Made by a program: the position numbers and the translations under genes. A DNA stretch of 64,000 nt from Shigella phage ESh17: sequence record ON528727. One strand, 5' to 3'. Below the pieces are notes generated by a model. That model was not told the DNA's origin and made no database searches. It saw nothing but the letters and a program-made list of their open reading frames with translations. Shown one piece after another: positions 28,050 to 38,910 of the stretch (its first letter is position 1; each line of letters opens with the position of its first letter).

Positions 28050-28406
28050 ATGCATAGTTCTGAATTTTCATATTTAAAAATGGAAAAAATTTCATACGAT
28101 TTCATAGATGAAAAGGTTTATTGCAGTTTCCATGAACCACGTTTTAATAGTGAGGTTGGGTTTATTGTAGTAAAAGACAATTTTATTTTAAAAATATATT
28201 CAGCATTAAAGGATTTTCATTACGAAAATATTAACCTAAAATTTGATAAAGAAAACGTTCGTAATTGTGCAGTAACAATTACAGGAAATAAAGGCACATG
28301 TGTTATGCTATCTGATGAAATTAATGATTTGCTAAATGATGCCGAAAAGGTTGCTATTCCATCTATTGATGACCAAATTTTTAATGCTTTTATGAATAGA
28401 GGTTAA
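28050..28406 (+). CDS. hypothetical protein (118 aa)
   Basis: ATG ORF. Confidence 0.45.
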   Translation: MHSSEFSYLKMEKISYDFIDEKVYCSFHEPRFNSEVGFIVVKDNFILKIYSALKDFHYENINLKFDKENVRNCAVTITGNKGTCVMLSDEINDLLNDAEKVAIPSIDDQIFNAFMNRG

Positions 28407-28407
28407 T

Positions 28408-28572
28408 ATGAAAACATATAAAGAATTTATCAAAGAAGATATGGTAGCTGGAGATTCAGGTGGTAATCCTGAAAATATCTCTACTGGAACAACATCAGGT
28501 GCTGTAGTAAATAAAGGTCCTGAACAGATTCCTAAAAAGAAAAAAGAGGAATCTAAAGAAAAAGAAGAGTAA
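28408..28572 (+). CDS. hypothetical small protein (54 aa)
   Basis: ATG 28408 right after the upstream stop; Gly/Lys/Glu-rich; not in the supplied track. Confidence 0.35.
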   Translation: MKTYKEFIKEDMVAGDSGGNPENISTGTTSGAVVNKGPEQIPKKKKEESKEKEE

Positions 28573-28574
28573 AA

Positions 28575-29603
28575 ATGTCATCAATACCTTGGATTGATAA
28601 TGAGTTTGCATACCGTGCATTAGCTCATTTACCTAAATTCACACAAGTAAATAATAGTTCAACTTTTAAATTACGGTTTAGATGCCCTGTTTGTGGAGAT
28701 TCAAAAACCGACCAGAATAAAGCTCGTGGATGGTATTATGGTGATAATAATGAAGGAAATATTCATTGTTATAACTGTAACTATCATGCACCAATCGGAA
28801 TATATTTAAAGGAGTTTGAACCTGATTTATATCGTGAGTATATCTTTGAAATAAGAAAAGAAAAAGGTAAAAGTCGTCCAGTAGAAAAACCTAAAGAACT
28901 TTCTAAACAACCTGAGAAGAAAATAATTAAATCTCTTCCGTCATGCGTTAGATTAGATAAACTGGCGGAAGACCATGCAATTATAAAATATGTAAAAGCT
29001 CGTTGTATTCCAAAGGATAAATGGAAATATCTTTGGTTTACAACTGAATGGCCTAAATTAGTTAATAGCATAGCACCGGGAACATACAAAAAGGAAATAC
29101 CTGAGCCTCGTCTTGTTATTCCAATTTATAATGCTAATGGAAAAGCTGAGTCTTTTCAAGGACGTGCATTAAAGAAAGATGCTCCCCAAAAATATATCAC
29201 CATCAAAGCTTATCCTGAGGCAACAAAAATATATGGAGTCGAACGAGTTAAAGATGGTGATGTATATGTTCTAGAAGGACCTATAGATTCACTTTTTATT
29301 GAAAATGGTATAGCTATTACGGGTGGTCAATTAGACCTAGAAGTTGTTCCATTTAAAGATAGACGAGTGTGGGTTTTAGATAATGAACCTCGTCACCCTG
29401 ACACTATCAAACGAATGACTAAATTAGTTGATGCAGGAGAAAGGGTTATGTTTTGGGATAAATCTCCCTGGAAATCAAAAGATGTCAATGATATGATTAG
29501 AAAGGAAGGTGCAACCCCTGAACAAATTATGGAATATATGAAAAATAATATTGCCCAGGGGTTGATGGCTAAAATGCGGCTATCTAAATATGCCAAGATT
29601 TAA
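28575..29603 (+). CDS. 61: DNA primase gp61
   Basis: 342 aa; N-terminal zinc ribbon CPVCG ... CYNC; Toprim EGPIDS. Confidence 0.88.
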   Translation: MSSIPWIDNEFAYRALAHLPKFTQVNNSSTFKLRFRCPVCGDSKTDQNKARGWYYGDNNEGNIHCYNCNYHAPIGIYLKEFEPDLYREYIFEIRKEKGKSRPVEKPKELSKQPEKKIIKSLPSCVRLDKLAEDHAIIKYVKARCIPKDKWKYLWFTTEWPKLVNSIAPGTYKKEIPEPRLVIPIYNANGKAESFQGRALKKDAPQKYITIKAYPEATKIYGVERVKDGDVYVLEGPIDSLFIENGIAITGGQLDLEVVPFKDRRVWVLDNEPRHPDTIKRMTKLVDAGERVMFWDKSPWKSKDVNDMIRKEGATPEQIMEYMKNNIAQGLMAKMRLSKYAKI

Positions 29604-29800
29604 ATTAACCCAACTAAAGCAAATGCTAGATCTACGAATGTATCAAGAGTAACTACTGGAATATTAACACCATGCGCAATTGCAATTGGTGATAAAATAA
29701 AGTTCCAGAGTAAAATTCCTACCATAGCAGAAATAGTAAAAGCTATACGTTTTTTATTACCTTTTATGGCATTAACAAGTGCCATTAATTTTTGTACCAT
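29600..29800 (-). CDS. small membrane protein, convergent with gene 61
   Basis: 66 aa, two hydrophobic segments; strong ribosome-binding site (AAGGAGG, 4 nt, ATG) on the minus strand; 3' end overlaps the gene 61 stop by 4 nt. Confidence 0.5.
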   Translation of the reverse strand: MVQKLMALVNAIKGNKKRIAFTISAMVGILLWNFILSPIAIAHGVNIPVVTLDTFVDLAFALVGLI

Positions 29801-29829
29801 ATGTCCTCCTTTAAATTAATATTTATCGC

Positions 29830-29880
29830 AAATTTCACAAATTTGTTTACTTTCTCAGCTTGTTATGGTATTATAAAATA
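29830..29880 (+). promoter_or_regulatory. T4-type early promoter
   Basis: GTTTAC 29845-29850, 18-nt spacer, TATTAT 29869-29874. Confidence 0.55.
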
Positions 29881-29899
29881 AATTGCTGAGGATGATATA

Positions 29900-31239
<1,340 letters not shown>

Positions 31240-31297
31240 TTGCTTATATTCAAATGATATAATTATTTAACTTATTAATGAATTGAAAGGAAAAATA

Positions 31298-31816
31298 ATG
31301 GCTCACTTTAATGAATGCGCTCATTTGATCGAAGGCGTTGATAAAGCAAATCGTGCATATGCTGAGAATATTATGCACAATATTGACCCATTGCAGGTTA
31401 TGCTTGATATGCAGCGGCATTTACAGATTCGTTTGGCTAATGATAAGCCAGAAACAAATCGTCATCCTGATTCACTTGAAACTGCAGGAGAAGTTCTTGC
31501 TTGGTTGCGAAACCAAGACGATTATATCGCAGATGAAACTCGCGAGCTATATACTTCTCTTGGTGGTATGAGTAATGGTGAAAAAGAAGCTTCTGCTGTA
31601 TGGAAACCTTGGAAGAAACGTTATTCTGAAATGCAATCCAAGAAAATTCAAGATTTATCTCCTGAAGATCAACTTGAAATTAAATTTGAACTAATTGACC
31701 AATTTCACTTTTTCATGAATAAATTCATTGCTCTTGGAATGTCAGCTGAAGAAATATTTAAACTTTATTATCTGAAAAATGCTGAAAATTTCGCTCGTCA
31801 AGACCGAGGTTATTGA
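31298..31816 (+). CDS. 56: dCTPase/dUTPase gp56
   Basis: ATG 31298 (AAAGGA ribosome-binding site); N-terminus MAHFNECAHLIEGVDKA matches recalled T4 gp56; track start is a TTG extension. Confidence 0.85.
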   Translation: MAHFNECAHLIEGVDKANRAYAENIMHNIDPLQVMLDMQRHLQIRLANDKPETNRHPDSLETAGEVLAWLRNQDDYIADETRELYTSLGGMSNGEKEASAVWKPWKKRYSEMQSKKIQDLSPEDQLEIKFELIDQFHFFMNKFIALGMSAEEIFKLYYLKNAENFARQDRGY

Positions 31817-32019
31817 TGGCTCGTTTAAATAAACGCCAGCTTAAGAAAGCCCGCAAGAAACGTATTGACCAGCTATTTAAAGATTATGACAAGGAGCTCG
31901 TATGTGAGCTCTTATCTAATCAGCTCCACAAAGCTTACACAATTAAAACTGGGCATATACCATTAGGCAAGTTGGTGCGCGAAGAAGCCTTAAAATTAAT
32001 TATAGAGCATTCAAAATGA
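31816..32019 (+). CDS. hypothetical basic protein (67 aa)
   Basis: ATG overlapping the gene 56 stop; Lys/Arg-rich N-terminus. Confidence 0.4.
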   Translation: MARLNKRQLKKARKKRIDQLFKDYDKELVCELLSNQLHKAYTIKTGHIPLGKLVREEALKLIIEHSK

Positions 32020-32225
32020 AATTTGATTTTTATGCATGGCAAAAAGCCGGGAGACCGGCTAGTCGAGCATTTGGTTCTGATGGATATAATATTAGAGCCC
32101 ATTGGAAATTTAATGCTCCAGCCGATTATTCTCCGGTAATTATTAACGGCGATGTTGTTATATTAACTAAAATTGGGTATTTTAGCGTTCCGCGAGAATT
32201 TATTATAAATAATCATGTAATTTAA
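32016..32225 (+). CDS. hypothetical protein (69 aa)
   Basis: ATGA overlap with the upstream ORF. Confidence 0.4.
   Translation: MKFDFYAWQKAGRPASRAFGSDGYNIRAHWKFNAPADYSPVIINGDVVILTKIGYFSVPREFIINNHVI
32204..32211 (+). promoter_or_regulatory. late promoter (TATAAATA) for soc
   Basis: Exact TATAAATA about 30 nt upstream of the soc ATG; soc is a late capsid gene. Confidence 0.6.
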
Positions 32226-32241
32226 ATAAAAGGAGAATTAC

Positions 32242-32487
32242 ATGGCTAGTACTCGCGGTTATGTTAATATCAAAACATTTGAGCAGAAATTAGATGGAAA
32301 TAAGAAAATTGAAGGAAAGGAAATTTCCGTAGCTTTCCCTCTTTATTCTGATGTTCACAAAATTTCTGGTGCTCATTACCAGACATTCCCTTCAGAAAAA
32401 GCAGCATATTCTACAGTATATGAAGAAAATCAACGTACTGAATGGATTGCTGCAAATGAAGATTTGTGGAAAGTAACTGGTGAATAA
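32242..32487 (+). CDS. soc: small outer capsid protein Soc
   Basis: 81 aa; sequence recalled as T4 Soc. Confidence 0.88.
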   Translation: MASTRGYVNIKTFEQKLDGNKKIEGKEISVAFPLYSDVHKISGAHYQTFPSEKAAYSTVYEENQRTEWIAANEDLWKVTGE

Positions 32488-32493
32488 ATTCAA

Positions 32494-32518
32494 GGACTCC
32501 TTCGGGAGTCCTTTTTTT
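32494..32518 (+). terminator. rho-independent terminator (GGACTCC-TTCG-GGAGTCC + T7)
   Basis: 7-bp perfect stem, UUCG loop, TTTTTTT. Confidence 0.75.
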
Positions 32519-32560
32519 CATTTAAATGGTTTACTTTCCAAAATGAGTATGGTATAATAG
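32515..32560 (+). promoter_or_regulatory. T4-type early promoter
   Basis: GTTTAC 32529-32534, 18-nt spacer, TATAAT 32553-32558. Confidence 0.55.
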
Positions 32561-32584
32561 AATTATCTTATAGAGGAGAGCACT

Positions 32585-32791
32585 ATGTTAAATCGTTGGA
32601 TTAAACCGAATGAAGATTTAGATATTATCATTTCACGGCATGTAATGAAGAAATATGAATTGCAACCATGGTCTACAGAAGTTGTTGTGCATTCATTTAT
32701 GATGTACGCAGATGGTTCTGTTGAATTTAATGCAGAGATTCGATATGATTATGGTGAAAAGCAAGTTGAATTCAAAAGAGGCTTTTTGTAA
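32585..32791 (+). CDS. hypothetical protein (68 aa)
   Basis: ATG ORF downstream of the early promoter. Confidence 0.4.
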   Translation: MLNRWIKPNEDLDIIISRHVMKKYELQPWSTEVVVHSFMMYADGSVEFNAEIRYDYGEKQVEFKRGFL

Positions 32792-33132
32792 TGTTTATCT
32801 TTAATTGGTTTAAAAGTTTCTTTACGGATTTTTTCTCTACAACTCCTGGGGAAGGTGTAGTTCCTATTTCAAATGACTACCTTCCTTTAACTGTAGTTGA
32901 GTATGTTTATATGGGAGATGGAACAGTAGAAGCAGTTACTATGACTTATGAAGAAGCCCAAGAATATTATAAAAATCCTTGGCGCTGGTCAACACCTACT
33001 ACATCATCTAACACACAGAATACACAGTCTAGTTCTGATTCATATGATACTAATGTTCCTGTTCATGTATGGGCAGGGGATTCATGTGGAAGTTCTTGTG
33101 ATTCTAGTTGTTCATCTACATCTTGTGATTGA
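32791..33132 (+). CDS. hypothetical protein with Cys/Ser-rich C-terminal tail
   Basis: 113 aa; C-terminus [18 protein letters not shown]. Confidence 0.45.
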   Translation: MFIFNWFKSFFTDFFSTTPGEGVVPISNDYLPLTVVEYVYMGDGTVEAVTMTYEEAQEYYKNPWRWSTPTTSSNTQNTQSSSDSYDTNVPVHVWAGDSCGSSCDSSCSSTSCD

Positions 33133-33140
33133 GGAAAATT

Positions 33141-33626
33141 ATGGAAGCAATTTTGTTTGAAATGTCTATCAATAGTATTAGTATGGCCTTTGTCAAGGAT
33201 GTTCCAATTACCGTAGCAGTAATGATTGATAAAAGATATGACAATAACATGTATCTAGTAGAAGATTTTATTTCAATGCCAATTCCAGAAGATGTTGAAA
33301 TAAAACTTAAAAAGATCGGAATTATTGAAACTGTACAAAATTCTCCATTTATGGCAATTCAAGCATTTACTAAATCTAACTATATTGATGTTAGTGAAGC
33401 ATATTATAATAATAAACCATTGTCCTTCTATTCATATGATTCAATATATGATTGGAAAATAGATAAAGGAAATAAATTTATAATTACGGACGAAAGTGCG
33501 CTATCATATTTTATTACCTCTTTATGGAATAATTTAAATCCAAATTTGCTAAAAATTCATAAATTTGACAATGCTCCTACTATTGTTTTAGGTAAAATAA
33601 ATGAAAGCTCTCAAGAAGATTCTTGA
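33141..33626 (+). CDS. hypothetical protein (161 aa from ATG 33141)
   Basis: GAGGAAA ribosome-binding site then ATG 33141; track start 33129 is TTG. Confidence 0.45.
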   Translation: MEAILFEMSINSISMAFVKDVPITVAVMIDKRYDNNMYLVEDFISMPIPEDVEIKLKKIGIIETVQNSPFMAIQAFTKSNYIDVSEAYYNNKPLSFYSYDSIYDWKIDKGNKFIITDESALSYFITSLWNNLNPNLLKIHKFDNAPTIVLGKINESSQEDS

Positions 33627-33804
33627 ATGGTTCAATAGACCAAACTCAATGTACATTGATGATGGTTGGGTTGAACAAGCAAATAAAGAAATGCAGAACG
33701 AATCGGAAGAATGGATGAAATCAATGATTAGTGCTGAGAAAGAAAAGAAATTAGAACGCTCAGCGCTTAAATTGATGAGAGACATCTATGGGGATAAATC
33801 ATGA
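33601..33804 (+). CDS. hypothetical protein (67 aa)
   Basis: ATG ORF overlapping neighbours. Confidence 0.4.
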   Translation: MKALKKILEWFNRPNSMYIDDGWVEQANKEMQNESEEWMKSMISAEKEKKLERSALKLMRDIYGDKS

Positions 33805-33965
33805 GCAAAGATATGACGCTGGAAGAGGCTAAAGCAAAAGCAAATGAAGCAATGGATTTGCTTCTTAAAATTGGTAGTAAAATGATGGAAGAAAATGAGA
33901 AATATATCCAGGAAAACAAAATTCCCGACGGTCCATTAGTAGGCAAAAGGAAATCACATGATTGA
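33801..33965 (+). CDS. hypothetical small protein (54 aa)
   Basis: ATGA overlap with the upstream ORF; not in the supplied track. Confidence 0.3.
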   Translation: MSKDMTLEEAKAKANEAMDLLLKIGSKMMEENEKYIQENKIPDGPLVGKRKSHD

Positions 33966-34428
33966 AGTAGCAAAACATTATTCAATAGAATTTATGTCTA
34001 AAGAAGGTAAATCAGTAAATACGCTTGATAAAAACTGCTCATTAATTATTCCTTTAGCAGAAAATCCGGATTTTTTAATTAAAGATATAAAAGAAAGAAA
34101 ATATCCAGAAAATATTATTCTAATTATAAAGCATACTGAAGATATTTTGCAAAATACTGATTCACCGTTTTCTTCTTCCGAAGCTTTAACTATTAAAGGC
34201 TATAAAAGAGCTCATGAATATGGTCTTTTTGACCTGTTTGAAGATGATAAAGTTAAATTAGCGAGTCAACCTTCGAAAAGTAAAACATTCATTATTGAAG
34301 ATATTAAAGATATAAATGCATTTGTTAAGATGGTCTGGGCTCATTTTGACGTTGGATTACGCTGGAGAATGTCCGAAGAAGAAAGAAAGATTGCTGAAGC
34401 TAATCGTCATTTTGGTTTTTATCGCTAG
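33958..34428 (+). CDS. hypothetical protein (156 aa)
   Basis: ATG ORF. Confidence 0.5.
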   Translation: MIEVAKHYSIEFMSKEGKSVNTLDKNCSLIIPLAENPDFLIKDIKERKYPENIILIIKHTEDILQNTDSPFSSSEALTIKGYKRAHEYGLFDLFEDDKVKLASQPSKSKTFIIEDIKDINAFVKMVWAHFDVGLRWRMSEEERKIAEANRHFGFYR

Positions 34429-34436
34429 GAATTAAT

Positions 34437-34619
34437 ATGGATTTATTTGAGATGTTAGAAGATAATCATTCTACGAATATCCAGAATGATTCTAGTGATT
34501 ATAAGAAAGAGTACCGTATAGTATTACAGAATTATGGAATTGAAGCCCCAGATGCTCTTCTAGAAGAACTAGCTTCATACCATCTTGACCCTCCGCCCTG
34601 GGCTCCCTGGGCAAAATAA
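34437..34619 (+). CDS. hypothetical protein (60 aa)
   Basis: ATG ORF. Confidence 0.4.
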   Translation: MDLFEMLEDNHSTNIQNDSSDYKKEYRIVLQNYGIEAPDALLEELASYHLDPPPWAPWAK

Positions 34620-34665
34620 TTCAAAAAGTTGTTTACTTTCCTTTCTAACGATGATATGATAGCTT
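34620..34665 (+). promoter_or_regulatory. T4-type early promoter
   Basis: GTTTAC 34631-34636, TATGAT 34655-34660. Confidence 0.5.
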
Positions 34666-34686
34666 CTGAAGTATACGGAGGCTATC

Positions 34687-35310
34687 ATGATTATTAATCT
34701 TGCAGATGTTGAACAGTTATCTATAAAAGCTGAAAGCGTTGATTTTCAATATGATATGTATAAAAAAGTCTGTGAAAAATTTACTGACTTTGAGCAGTCA
34801 ATTCTTTGGCAATGTATGGAAGCCAAAAAGAATGAAGCTCTTCATCAGCAGTTGAATAAAATCGTTAAAAAGCATTTAACTAAATCGCCTTATCAGTTAT
34901 ATCGTGGTATATCAAAATCGACAAAAGAACTTATTAAAGATTTACAAGTTGGAGAAGTGTTTTCAACGAACAGGGTAGATTCATTTACTACTAGTTTATT
35001 CACAGCATGTTCTTTTTCTTATGCTGAATATTTTACTAAAATAATACTTCGCTTAAAAACTGATAAAGCTTTTAATTATTCTGACCATATCAGCGATATT
35101 ATACTTTCTTCTCCTAATACTGAGTTTAAGTACACGTATGAAGATACTGATGGGCTAGATTCAGAGCGTACTGATAACTTAATGATGATTGTGCGTGAAC
35201 AAGAATGGATGATTCCAATTGGAAAGTATAGAATAACTTCTATTTCAAAAGAAAAATTACACGATTCATTTGGAACATTTAAAGTTTATGATATTGAGGT
35301 AGTTGAATGA
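34687..35310 (+). CDS. modB: ADP-ribosyltransferase (ModB-like)
   Basis: 207 aa; R-S-E-type motifs (LYRGIS, STN, EQEWMIP); position and size as T4 ModB. Confidence 0.6.
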   Translation: MIINLADVEQLSIKAESVDFQYDMYKKVCEKFTDFEQSILWQCMEAKKNEALHQQLNKIVKKHLTKSPYQLYRGISKSTKELIKDLQVGEVFSTNRVDSFTTSLFTACSFSYAEYFTKIILRLKTDKAFNYSDHISDIILSSPNTEFKYTYEDTDGLDSERTDNLMMIVREQEWMIPIGKYRITSISKEKLHDSFGTFKVYDIEVVE

Positions 35311-35909
35311 AATACTCAGTAATGCAACTAAAAGATTTTAAAATAAAATCAATGGATGCATCGGTGCGTGCTTCTATTCGTGAAGAATTACTTTCTGAAG
35401 GGTTTAATTTATCTGAAATTGAACTTTTAATTCATTGTATTACCAACAAACCAGATGACCATACTTGGTTAAATGAAATAATCAAATCTCGTTTGGTTCC
35501 AAACGATAAACCTCTTTGGAGAGGTGTTCCAGTCGAGACTAAGCAAGTATTAAATCAAGGAATTGATGTTATTATATTTGATAAAGTAGTATCAGCTTCA
35601 TATGATAAAAATATAGCTCTGCATTTTGCTTCCGGTTTAGAGTATAACACACAAGTTATTTTTGAATTCAAAGCTCCCATGGTATTCAATTTCCAGGAGT
35701 ATGCTATAAAAGCTCTACGCTGTAAAGAATACAATCCAAACTTTAAGTTTCCGGATAGCCATCGTTATCGTAATATGGAATTAGTTTCAGATGAACAAGA
35801 AGTAATGATACCAGCTGGAAGTGTATTTAGAATTGCAGATAGATACGAGTACAAAAAGTATTCAACATACACTATCTATACTCTTGAATTTGAAGGATTT
35901 AATCTATAA
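35307..35909 (+). CDS. modA: ADP-ribosyltransferase (ModA-like)
   Basis: 200 aa paralog of the upstream gene (LWRGV, EQEVMIP); ATGA overlap. Confidence 0.6.
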   Translation: MKYSVMQLKDFKIKSMDASVRASIREELLSEGFNLSEIELLIHCITNKPDDHTWLNEIIKSRLVPNDKPLWRGVPVETKQVLNQGIDVIIFDKVVSASYDKNIALHFASGLEYNTQVIFEFKAPMVFNFQEYAIKALRCKEYNPNFKFPDSHRYRNMELVSDEQEVMIPAGSVFRIADRYEYKKYSTYTIYTLEFEGFNL

Positions 35910-35949
35910 TGGAAGGACTTAGATTCATTATACCATGAAAGTTTTAAAG

Positions 35950-36000
35950 CATTTTTACATAAAGTTGTTTACAAGTTAAGGTAAAAATGTTATAGTATAA
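35950..36000 (+). promoter_or_regulatory. T4-type early promoter
   Basis: GTTTAC 35967-35972, 18-nt spacer, TATAGT 35991-35996. Confidence 0.55.
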
Positions 36001-36032
36001 GTAGTTAACCGTCCGTAAGATGTGAGAAAAAT

Positions 36033-36779
36033 ATGAAGCTGTCTAATAACCAAATTCGTAAAATTAAACGTCGTCTAGAGCATACTCAGGCATCTGCAAA
36101 AAGACGTTCTAAAGATTTTAACTTAGACTTCAATTACATTAAGAACATTTTAGATCAGAAAGTTTGCGCTTACTCGGGAGAACCTTTTGATAATCGTATT
36201 GAAGGAGAGAAATTATCATTAGAACGTTTTGATAATAACGTTGGATACATTAAAGGGAATGTTATTGCAGTAAAGAAAAAGTATAATACATTTCGTTCTG
36301 ATTATACTTTAGAAGAGTTAATTGAAAAGCGTGATTTATTTGCTTTGCGAATTGGTCGTTCATCTGCGAAAAAAGTTCATAAACTAAATTTAGATGAAAA
36401 GAAATGGGCTAAAATCAAAAAGACTTATAATCAAATTAAAGCTATACAGAAAAAACGTGAAAACCGAATTGAACACATTTCTCAGCTTTCTAAATCAAAA
36501 CAGACCTCTGACATTAAGCTAAGAATTATAGCACTTAAAGCTCGTATTGACGGTTCTCGCATAGCAGAAGGCGCTGAAGTTGTTAAACTGAACGTTCTTC
36601 TTAAAGGTTCGGATTGGAAAATTGTGAAAAAGTTGTCAGAAGCAGAAATGCAATATGATATGTGTGATAAAATTATTCAAGGTGTAGAGCGGTATCAAAA
36701 CTTGTCTTTTATTGATAAACTTAAACTGAAAAGAGGATATCCGCTAAATTGTTCAATTTTTAAACTTATCCGAGGATAA
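36033..36779 (+). CDS. srd: Srd-like protein (248 aa)
   Basis: Basic/coiled protein at the position of T4 srd between modA and dda.1; identity by position and size only. Confidence 0.45.
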   Translation: MKLSNNQIRKIKRRLEHTQASAKRRSKDFNLDFNYIKNILDQKVCAYSGEPFDNRIEGEKLSLERFDNNVGYIKGNVIAVKKKYNTFRSDYTLEELIEKRDLFALRIGRSSAKKVHKLNLDEKKWAKIKKTYNQIKAIQKKRENRIEHISQLSKSKQTSDIKLRIIALKARIDGSRIAEGAEVVKLNVLLKGSDWKIVKKLSEAEMQYDMCDKIIQGVERYQNLSFIDKLKLKRGYPLNCSIFKLIRG

Positions 36780-36780
36780 T

Positions 36781-37092
36781 ATGGTTTATGTATACGCGAT
36801 AGTTTACCGAGACAAAGACGGATTTACGGCGCCAGTTCCGCTTGATGAACATCGTCCTGCTGTATTTTTTGAATGGAAGATTGCTGATAAAGTATTTACC
36901 ACTCTTAAAGAGCAGTATCAACTAGCTTTAGGTAAGGGAATTCCAAGATTAGTTGAGACTCCACGTAAATTTTGGTTTAATAAAATAGAAGTTAAACATG
37001 TTAAGCCTGACGTAGACACACAAAGATTATATCAGCGAATTTTAGATACTGGGCGTATTGTTAGTATACCAATTGCAGGGAATTTACGATGA
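36781..37092 (+). CDS. hypothetical protein (103 aa)
   Basis: ATG ORF immediately upstream of dda. Confidence 0.45.
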   Translation: MVYVYAIVYRDKDGFTAPVPLDEHRPAVFFEWKIADKVFTTLKEQYQLALGKGIPRLVETPRKFWFNKIEVKHVKPDVDTQRLYQRILDTGRIVSIPIAGNLR

Positions 37093-38408
37093 CATTTGAT
37101 GATTTGACCGAAGGCCAGAAAAATGCCTTTAACATCGTTATGAAGGCTATTAAAGAAAAGAAACATCATGTAACTATTAATGGACCTGCTGGTACCGGTA
37201 AGACTACTCTTACCAAATTCATCATTGAAGCTTTAATATCTACGGGTGAAACTGGTATCATTTTGGCAGCTCCTACACATGCAGCTAAAAAGATTCTTTC
37301 AAAACTGTCGGGGAAAGAAGCGAGTACTATTCACAGTATTCTTAAAATTAACCCGGTAACATATGAAGAAAACGTTCTTTTTGAACAGAAGGAAGTACCG
37401 GATTTAGCTAAATGCAGGGTATTAATCTGCGACGAAGTGTCAATGTATGATAGAAAGCTATTCAAAATTCTGCTTTCAACTATCCCGCCGTGGTGTACTA
37501 TAATTGGAATAGGCGATAATAAGCAAATTAGACCTGTTGATCCAGGAGAAAATACTGCTTATATCAGTCCATTCTTTACACACAAAGATTTTTATCAGTG
37601 TGAACTTACTGAAGTTAAACGCAGTAATGCTCCTATTATTGATGTAGCTACTGATGTTCGCAACGGTAAGTGGATTTATGATAAAGTTGTTGACGGGCAT
37701 GGAGTACGTGGATTTACTGGTGATACCGCTTTACGCGATTTTATGGTAAATTATTTTTCAATCGTAAAATCATTAGATGATTTGTTTGAAAATCGCGTAA
37801 TGGCATTTACGAATAAATCTGTTGACAAGTTAAATAGCATTATTCGCAAAAAGATTTTTGAAACTGATAAAGATTTTATTGTCGGTGAAATTATTGTAAT
37901 GCAGGAACCATTAATTAAAACATATAAAATTGATGGAAAGCCTGTGTCAGAAATTATTTTTAATAACGGACAATTAGTTCGTATTATAGAAGCAGAGTAT
38001 ACATCAACCTTTGTTAAAGCTCGTGGTGTTTCTGGAGAATACTTAATTCGTCATTGGGATTTAACAGTAGAAACTTACGGCGATGATGAATATTATCGTG
38101 AAAAGATTAAAATAATTTCATCTGATGAAGAGCTATATAAGTTTAACCTATTTTTAGGTAAAACGGCAGAAACTTATAAAAATTGGAACAAAGGCGGAAA
38201 AGCTCCATGGAGTGATTTTTGGGATGCTAAATCACAGTTCAGTAAAGTGAAAGCACTTCCTGCATCAACATTCCATAAAGCTCAGGGTATGTCTGTAGAC
38301 CGTGCTTTCATTTATACGCCTTGTATTCATTATGCAGATGCTGAATTGGCCCAACAACTTCTTTATGTTGGTGTTACCCGTGGTCGTTATGATGTATTTT
38401 ATGTATGA
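37089..38408 (+). CDS. dda: DNA helicase Dda (SF1)
   Basis: 439 aa; Walker A GPAGTGKT. Confidence 0.88.
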   Translation: MTFDDLTEGQKNAFNIVMKAIKEKKHHVTINGPAGTGKTTLTKFIIEALISTGETGIILAAPTHAAKKILSKLSGKEASTIHSILKINPVTYEENVLFEQKEVPDLAKCRVLICDEVSMYDRKLFKILLSTIPPWCTIIGIGDNKQIRPVDPGENTAYISPFFTHKDFYQCELTEVKRSNAPIIDVATDVRNGKWIYDKVVDGHGVRGFTGDTALRDFMVNYFSIVKSLDDLFENRVMAFTNKSVDKLNSIIRKKIFETDKDFIVGEIIVMQEPLIKTYKIDGKPVSEIIFNNGQLVRIIEAEYTSTFVKARGVSGEYLIRHWDLTVETYGDDEYYREKIKIISSDEELYKFNLFLGKTAETYKNWNKGGKAPWSDFWDAKSQFSKVKALPASTFHKAQGMSVDRAFIYTPCIHYADAELAQQLLYVGVTRGRYDVFYV

Positions 38409-38429
38409 TTAAATTTGAGGAAGCTATTC

Positions 38430-38675
38430 GTGGAAATAACTAAAGACCAGTTTTATCTGCTTCAAGATAAAGTTAGCGAAATTTATGAATTAGCTTATAG
38501 TAAAAATCGTAGAAATGTAAAAATTGAATCTGGAAAGTTAATGCTTCAATTAGAAGAAATTGAACGAGATTTAATTGCGTTAGAATTCTTTTGTGGCGAA
38601 GTGAAAACTGTTACAATCAGTGATTATGTTTTAGGTGAAATTAGCCATCTTTATAAGGCGGTTATTAATGATTGA
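38430..38675 (+). CDS. hypothetical protein (start GTG 38430 or TTG 38415)
   Basis: GAGGAAG ribosome-binding site 6 nt before GTG; paralogous to the next ORF. Confidence 0.4.
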   Translation: MEITKDQFYLLQDKVSEIYELAYSKNRRNVKIESGKLMLQLEEIERDLIALEFFCGEVKTVTISDYVLGEISHLYKAVIND

Positions 38676-38910
38676 ATTAAGTTTGCATCAGTTTAAATCT
38701 CTTATGACAAATGTTAAAGCTGTCATTGAGGAAAATTCTAGTCCTGAAAATATTACTATTCGCGAAAAAGCTTTAAAGATAGTATACAGTCTTGAAGAGA
38801 TACAAAAAGATATTGAATCTATGGCAAAATTTATTGATGAGCCTATTAATAAAGTTTATATCCAAGATTATACTGTAGGTCAAATTCGCGATTTAGCAAG
38901 GAAAATTTAA
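38668..38910 (+). CDS. hypothetical protein, tandem paralog of the previous ORF
   Basis: ATG 38668 overlapping the upstream stop; shared motifs LEEI(E/Q)(R/K)D and (S/Q)DY(V/T)(L/V)G(E/Q)I. Confidence 0.4.
   Translation: MIELSLHQFKSLMTNVKAVIEENSSPENITIREKALKIVYSLEEIQKDIESMAKFIDEPINKVYIQDYTVGQIRDLARKI

Noticed and set aside
31338-31571. Alternate-frame ORF inside gene 56
   Set aside because: Fully contained in the dCTPase ORF in another frame.
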